DNA from: an uncultured Bacteroidota bacterium
GTDB lineage: Bacteria > Bacteroidota > Ignavibacteria > UBA10030 > UBA6906
DNA length: 64,000 nt
Direction: 5' to 3'
Assembly (NCBI GenBank): GCA_963809695.1
Contig: CAWEKI010000009.1
Span: 762,376 to 826,375, forward strand
In this document: one piece after another, positions 59,192 through 64,000 of the stretch
Layout of the letters: each line of letters starts with the position of its first letter
Position numbering within the stretch: position 1 is the stretch's first letter
Translations under genes and position numbers: made by a program
Notes under the pieces: model-generated
The model's database searches: none
The model's input: only the letters and a program-made list of their open reading frames with translations
What the model was told of the DNA's origin: nothing

Positions 59192-62100
59192 TGAGGTCTA
59201 TATAAAAGGCACATTGGTAGGCTACTGGCATATAGACAAGCCGGCGAGCATGAAGCACGAAGTCTATCCAGCCGTTCTCGCCGGCGGCGGTGGCGCGTGA
59301 GAACAGGGCAACTGCGTCTGTAGTCAGGGCATCAGCGTTCATCCAGCATGCAAACGTGATCTGGTTCGTGAACGTGAGCGAACTGCTGGGTGGTATACTC
59401 ACGACCCCGGTGGTGCCATTCAAGGCAAGTGCACCTCCTATTTTGCCCGTTCCCCAGGTTCCACCTGTGACGGCGCCTGTGTTGCCGTAGCCGGAGGCAT
59501 CGTTCGCGACGGTGCCATTCGTCTCATTAAACCTCCAGTGACCCACGAGACTTGCCGTCGGATTGACAAATGTTGCCGTGATGCTCTTTGTTGCACCCAT
59601 CGTCACATTGACAGGGTTCGTAGTGCCGATCAGGTCGCCCGACCAGCCGGTGAATTGCCAACCTGCACTAGGAATAGCCGTCAGTTGTACGACGGTCCCG
59701 GGATTATATTGGGCCTGATCAGGCACTTTTGTGACACTGCCCTGGCCGATGACATTAACCGTGAGTGTTTTCGGGCCGGTTGCCGTTGTGCCAAAGAGCC
59801 GCATGTCGAAGCCGAGGTCGCCGCTCGTGGCGTTGATCTGATGCACTTCCACTGCAAGGACATTCGTGCCGGCAATCAGGGCAGAAGTGCCGAAGGACGG
59901 CGAAGAGAAGATGGCCGTCTCGTTCGCGCCATCGACCGCGGCCGCAGCCAATGTTGCGAACGATATTGTTCCGCCCGGCATGTTGCTGCGCCAGACCTCC
60001 GTCCCGTTCAAGTAAATCACAGCACCGTCATCCCGGATCAGGTCAATTCCCAGGCTCGTGTAGATGCTTGGGTCGGACACGCCAAACGAGGTCCGGAAGT
60101 ATAATGTGGGATTGTCGTTGCCCTCTGAGCCGCTATTGATGGTTGTTGCCTGCGTGTCACCGAAGCCGAGCCGTGCAGGACCGGTCGGCCACGGGGCACT
60201 ATTGAAACCCGGGGCCCTCCAGGCTGTCCCCAGGTCCACCCCCCAGTCCCGGTAACTCCAAATTGCGCCAAAGGGAACGATGGTGGCGATATCGCCCGCG
60301 GGGATCTGCGTGAACGTCGCCGTGATGTTCTTGTCGGCGGTCATCGTGATCGATGCAGGGTTGGTCGACCCGGTCAGGTCACCCGACCAGCCGGCGAAGA
60401 CCCAGCCGGGGTTCGGCGTCGCCGTCAGCTGCACAATAGACCCGGTATTGTATTGTGCCTGGTCCGGCAGTTTTGTCACGCTTCCCTGCCCGACAACACC
60501 GACCGTGAGTGTCCTGGGAATCCCCGACGCAGTGAGTCCGTAGAGCCGCAGATCGAGTCCGAGATCAGTGCTCGTGAGGTTAATCTGATGTACTTCCACA
60601 GCCACCACATTGGTACCGGTAACCAGAGCCGCAGTGCTGAAGGATGGCGAATTAAAGACGGCCGTTTCGTCGGCGCCGCCCACCGTGGCCGCAGCCAGAG
60701 TGGCATGCGTGATCGTTCCCGCGGGCATGTTGCTTCGCCAGACTTCGGTGCCGTTCAGGTAGATCACCGCACCGTCATCGCGGATCAGGTTGATTCCCAT
60801 GCTCGTGTAGAGCGCGGGGTTTGCCACATTGAACGACGTGCGGAAATAGATGGTGGGGTAGACGTTGCCACTCGGACCGATATTGATGCTCGTCGCCTCG
60901 AGGGATGGATCGCCCCCGCCGATACGCGCGGGTCCGGAAGGCCAGGCAGCATCATCAAAGGCCGTTGCCTGCCAGCCTGCGCCGGGCACGGCGTTGTTGT
61001 TGCTATACTTCCACATTGCCCCAAACGGCACGACCACCGCCGTGTCACCGACAGGCAGCTGAGTAAACGTGGCGGTGACGGTCTTGTTGCTGGTCATCGT
61101 AATGGTGGTGGGATTCGTCGAGCCGCTCAGATCACCCGACCAGCCGGAGAACTGGTAGCCCGCCAGCGCATTGGCGGTCAGCGTGACGACCGCATTCGGA
61201 TCATAGAGCGACTGGAGGGGGTTCTTGGTGACGGTGCCGCTCCCGACCACGTTGGTTGTCAAGGAGTATACGCCGGTTGACCCGCCCTCGGTGATGCTGA
61301 AGTACGCATTGTCCGCCATGCCTTCCGTAGAATTGAAGTTCTTGTACGCAGGCCACATAGCCGCGGCAGAGAAGTACTTCGGATCAGGCACGCGTGAAGA
61401 AGCCATGGTATCTGTCCTCATCGTACCGCTCGCCACGAGGGCACCCACATTGCCGAGCGCATCGATGGCGTTCAAAGTCACAGCGATGCTCGCCGACGAT
61501 GCCGTCAGCTTGGTTATCTCCGCCCGTATGCGATACCATGCGCTGTTCGCCAACGTCGGGAGACTTGCAATCCGAACCCTGATGTTGCTACTGGTGCCGC
61601 TTACGTTGTCCCAGTACGTCTCAATGCCATTCCCGCCGCTGGTGTTGTCCAGCTGCACGCCAAAATGCGCGTCGGAGCTCGTGCTGTTGTTGAGGATGGT
61701 CCAGCACACCCGGTCATCGTCGAGAAGACCGGCAGGGCTCGTCTGAAAATCCATCCCCAGGGCCACCTTCTGCAACTCGGTATCGTTCCAGATGAACTCG
61801 TGGTCAAGCCATGTGGCGTTGTACTGGGCCCCGTTGAGTCCCCGGCTGCCTGCCACACCATTGCTTGCGCCGACGGTGGGACCGATGCCGTCCGTATACC
61901 AGCCGGATTGCGCGCTGACCGGCTGCCCCACGGTGAACGTGTCAAAGGTCTCGAGGTATTCAGGGTCCACCGGCGCGGTCAGTGTCATCTCATCGAGGAC
62001 CGTTGAGCCGCCGGAGACGGAGTAGAATTTGAAATTCAGTGTTGAGGTGGTTGCCTCGGCAATGACGGCACCGTAGTCTGCACTGTAGCGATACTGGCTC

Positions 62101-62909
62101 CCTTCGGTCGGCGTTCCAAAGGCGTAGATGCTCGATCCGCTGTTGCCGATGGTGATATAGGGCATCTGCACGCCATCGGTGTTGTCGTCCCGCACGATGC
62201 GTTCGTATACGTGGTTGTGGCCTTCAAGTACAGCCGATGCGCCCCACGCTTCGAACGGCCAACGCATTTCAGTTGTTGCAGCGTGTGTGGTACAGGAAGT
62301 GTACGGCGGGTGATGGAAGTAGACGACCTTCCATGGCTCCGTGGCGGCAGCCAGTTGCGCCTGCAGCCACAGCGCCTGAACGGAGCTGCTTGTGATTCCG
62401 TTCGGTTCCCTTGGATCCGAGTTGATGACGAAAAAGTGGACCGGTCCCACGACATAATCATAATAGCGTTCATTGCCCGAGGTGTTGCTCGAGGTAATCC
62501 CCGCGCCCGGCAGCGTGAAGTAGCTGTAGTACGGTGCGCCCAGGCTGCCGTCGTCCAGGTCGTGGTTCCCCATCGAGGGGAAGAACTTGTTGGTCGCTGC
62601 TCCCGGCGGATAGGCTCCCGTGTAGGCCGCGATATAGTTATGGTAGTACTTCCCAACGTTGTTATCTATGGTCGTTGCCGATCCGCTGGGATAGTTGTTG
62701 TCCCCCGTGGTGATGATGATATCGGGGGTGTGTGATGTGACAATGTTCGCGACATTCTGCTCATTGGTGGTGTTCAAGCCATAGTCGCCAATCGCCGCGA
62801 AACGCACCGTTTGTGCCGGGGCGAGGCCGGCGTTGAACACAAGAAGCAGCAGGACCGCACAGAGCGACCACATGCTCATTCGGTACAACGGGGAAGCACA
62901 TCGTTCCAT
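58995..62909 (-). CDS. 1304-aa N-terminal portion of the same gene: signal peptide, metallophosphoesterase domain, uncharacterised domain, B-repeats and three copies of the 125-aa beta-sandwich domain interleaved with B-repeats, then a LamG domain
   Basis: Signal peptide MSMWSLCAVLLLLVFNAGLAPAQ. Metallophosphoesterase TVRFAAIGDYGLNTTNEQNVANIVTSHTPDIIITTGDNNYP...GNHDLD...LEGHNHVYER. The 125-aa domain occurs three times with AVEVHQ endings. The terminal LamG is cut by a frameshift near 59200 and continues in ORF 55919..59191 (WYHIAATYDGTTMKFYINGTL). Confidence 0.75.
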   Translation of the reverse strand: MERCASPLYRMSMWSLCAVLLLLVFNAGLAPAQTVRFAAIGDYGLNTTNEQNVANIVTSHTPDIIITTGDNNYPSGSATTIDNNVGKYYHNYIAAYTGAYPPGAATNKFFPSMGNHDLDDGSLGAPYYSYFTLPGAGITSSNTSGNERYYDYVVGPVHFFVINSDPREPNGITSSSVQALWLQAQLAAATEPWKVVYFHHPPYTSCTTHAATTEMRWPFEAWGASAVLEGHNHVYERIVRDDNTDGVQMPYITIGNSGSSIYAFGTPTEGSQYRYSADYGAVIAEATTSTLNFKFYSVSGGSTVLDEMTLTAPVDPEYLETFDTFTVGQPVSAQSGWYTDGIGPTVGASNGVAGSRGLNGAQYNATWLDHEFIWNDTELQKVALGMDFQTSPAGLLDDDRVCWTILNNSTSSDAHFGVQLDNTSGGNGIETYWDNVSGTSSNIRVRIASLPTLANSAWYRIRAEITKLTASSASIAVTLNAIDALGNVGALVASGTMRTDTMASSRVPDPKYFSAAAMWPAYKNFNSTEGMADNAYFSITEGGSTGVYSLTTNVVGSGTVTKNPLQSLYDPNAVVTLTANALAGYQFSGWSGDLSGSTNPTTITMTSNKTVTATFTQLPVGDTAVVVPFGAMWKYSNNNAVPGAGWQATAFDDAAWPSGPARIGGGDPSLEATSINIGPSGNVYPTIYFRTSFNVANPALYTSMGINLIRDDGAVIYLNGTEVWRSNMPAGTITHATLAAATVGGADETAVFNSPSFSTAALVTGTNVVAVEVHQINLTSTDLGLDLRLYGLTASGIPRTLTVGVVGQGSVTKLPDQAQYNTGSIVQLTATPNPGWVFAGWSGDLTGSTNPASITMTADKNITATFTQIPAGDIATIVPFGAIWSYRDWGVDLGTAWRAPGFNSAPWPTGPARLGFGDTQATTINSGSEGNDNPTLYFRTSFGVSDPSIYTSLGIDLIRDDGAVIYLNGTEVWRSNMPGGTISFATLAAAAVDGANETAIFSSPSFGTSALIAGTNVLAVEVHQINATSGDLGFDMRLFGTTATGPKTLTVNVIGQGSVTKVPDQAQYNPGTVVQLTAIPSAGWQFTGWSGDLIGTTNPVNVTMGATKSITATFVNPTASLVGHWRFNETNGTVANDASGYGNTGAVTGGTWGTGKIGGALALNGTTGVVSIPPSSSLTFTNQITFACWMNADALTTDAVALFSRATAAGENGWIDFVLHARRLVYMPVAYQCAFYIDLNGDSQMQAIEDRLRGYDSAAANVVPHCRHVRRHDHEILHQWNPDGFNTVSGRHHSKPRPRYLARS

Positions 62910-63975
62910 GGTAACCTCGCAGACTAGTGAGGAAGTTGAGTAAACATGTTCTGGATCTGATACAAACTAAAAGGCTGTAGTGCAGCCGGAGAAGATCGGT
63001 TCGATCTTCCGGTGTGAATGTCATTCGGGAATTGTGGCAACGCGAGAACGCGCTCACGCGGTTCGGATCGAGCGACGGAACATCGTGCACTGTCCGCCCA
63101 ACGGAGCGAGCGAGGGGAGAGGATCGACAACCAGGGGAATATGCGCAGGCAAGTCAGCAGGGGAGAGAAGCAGGGAAGAGCAAATAGCGCTGATCATCGC
63201 ACTGTTATGGAACCACGCGCAAATGCAACCCCCCGGTCTCTGCGCGTTTGCAACATGATACTCTGCGTACGCTCCGCCCTTTCAGTCACATAGTGGCCTA
63301 GAGGGCATGAAATCTTGAGCGTGCAGCTTGTACATTTTCCAACCGCACAAAGTCCTCGCCTTCACAGAATACTGGCTTTCAATTGTAGAGCAGCATCAGG
63401 ATGACTGCACATACCTCCACCGACAAAAAAAACGTCGTTCGTCGGCGGAAGGTGTATCTCACCCGCACGCTGCTATGAAAAGAAAAGATCAGGAGACGCT
63501 TGACGCATTTGAGGCGAAGCAAGCAATGACGCATGCTTCAGGGGAGAGGAGCAACGAAGCGCGGCATGATGCCGAACAGTTCACTGGTGATGTCAGCTCG
63601 CTGCTCCGTTTGATGTTCAAGTTACACGGGTCTATCTTAAAGTCAATAGGAAAATTTTTGCGTGTGCGTGAGCGCACGTTCGACTCACACACGTTTGTGA
63701 TGTGAGAACGGAAAAATTTTTCTGAACGTCCGCACCGAGACATCGCGCTCGTGAAATTCTGCGTAGGAGAAAATTGGAGTTGCATTTTGCAACACCCATC
63801 GATTGCTTCTCTTCGCAACACACGTTGCAGCATGTCCACGGCTCATGCAAGCACTTGATCCACAGAACCGCGAGCTTCATCCCCATTGATCACCGCGGTG
63901 TGTGGATCTGACCGTTGCCCTTAAGGACAACGCTAGACGAAAGAAGGACCGTAAACGGCCCTCACAGCAACAGTC

Positions 63976-63997
63976 CCCTTCAGGGGGCCTTTTTCGT
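63976..63997 (+). terminator. possible intrinsic terminator (cccct-tca-ggggg stem-loop followed by ccTTTTTcg) at the window end
   Basis: A 5-bp GC-rich stem followed by a T5 run. No plus-strand ORF of 60 aa or more ends within 250 bp upstream. Confidence 0.3.
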
Positions 63998-64000
63998 CCA

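Overview
The window is a 64-kb, roughly 60% GC segment with nearly all genes on the minus strand. T9SS/Por C-terminal sorting domains (the NYPNPFNP motif with K-x-L-L-K tails) on many secreted proteins, together with cohesin- and dockerin-like modules, suggest an FCB-superphylum bacterium. The layout, in order:

- **1-8 kb, housekeeping:** a sucD fragment, gatA, two tandem tatA genes, purQ, purS, pssA, psd, an OmpA protein with thrombospondin-3 repeats, and one T9SS cargo protein.
- **8-12 kb, small accessory genes:** includes a RelE/ParE toxin-antitoxin pair.
- **12.3-22.0 kb, candidate island:** a 9.6-kb block bounded by a 38-bp copy of the 5' half of tRNA-Gln and the intact tRNA-Gln. It carries a CDF transporter, TerC, a zinc-ribbon protein, an SPFH protein, an eRF1/Pelota-like (baeRF1-like) protein, a TerB-like protein, a thioredoxin-like protein and two DUF2294 proteins. 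No integrase is present.
- **22.0-27.4 kb, tRNA cluster:** Gln(CTG), Glu(CTC), Arg(ACG) and Arg(TCG). Each tRNA 3' end abuts an IVS-like inverted-repeat hairpin element. Two of these carry Avd/23S-IVS-family four-helix-bundle genes. The third is empty and lies next to a 30-bp duplication of the tRNA 3' end.
- **27.6-35.1 kb, nucleotide-sugar locus:** PglF-like dehydratase, DegT aminotransferase and FnlA/FnlB/FnlC for UDP-L-FucNAc, split by an IS3-family transposase remnant.
- **35.3-62.9 kb, giant surface proteins:** about 28 kb of giant modular T9SS proteins. Domains include InlB-type B-repeats, FN3, LamG, DNRLRE-like, metallophosphoesterase and an unnamed 125-aa beta-sandwich repeat. Several share a roughly 600-aa C-terminal module of cohesin-like, dockerin-like and T9SS CTD parts. 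This region carries at least nine frameshifts that break single genes into adjacent ORFs.

No rRNA genes and no CRISPR array were seen.
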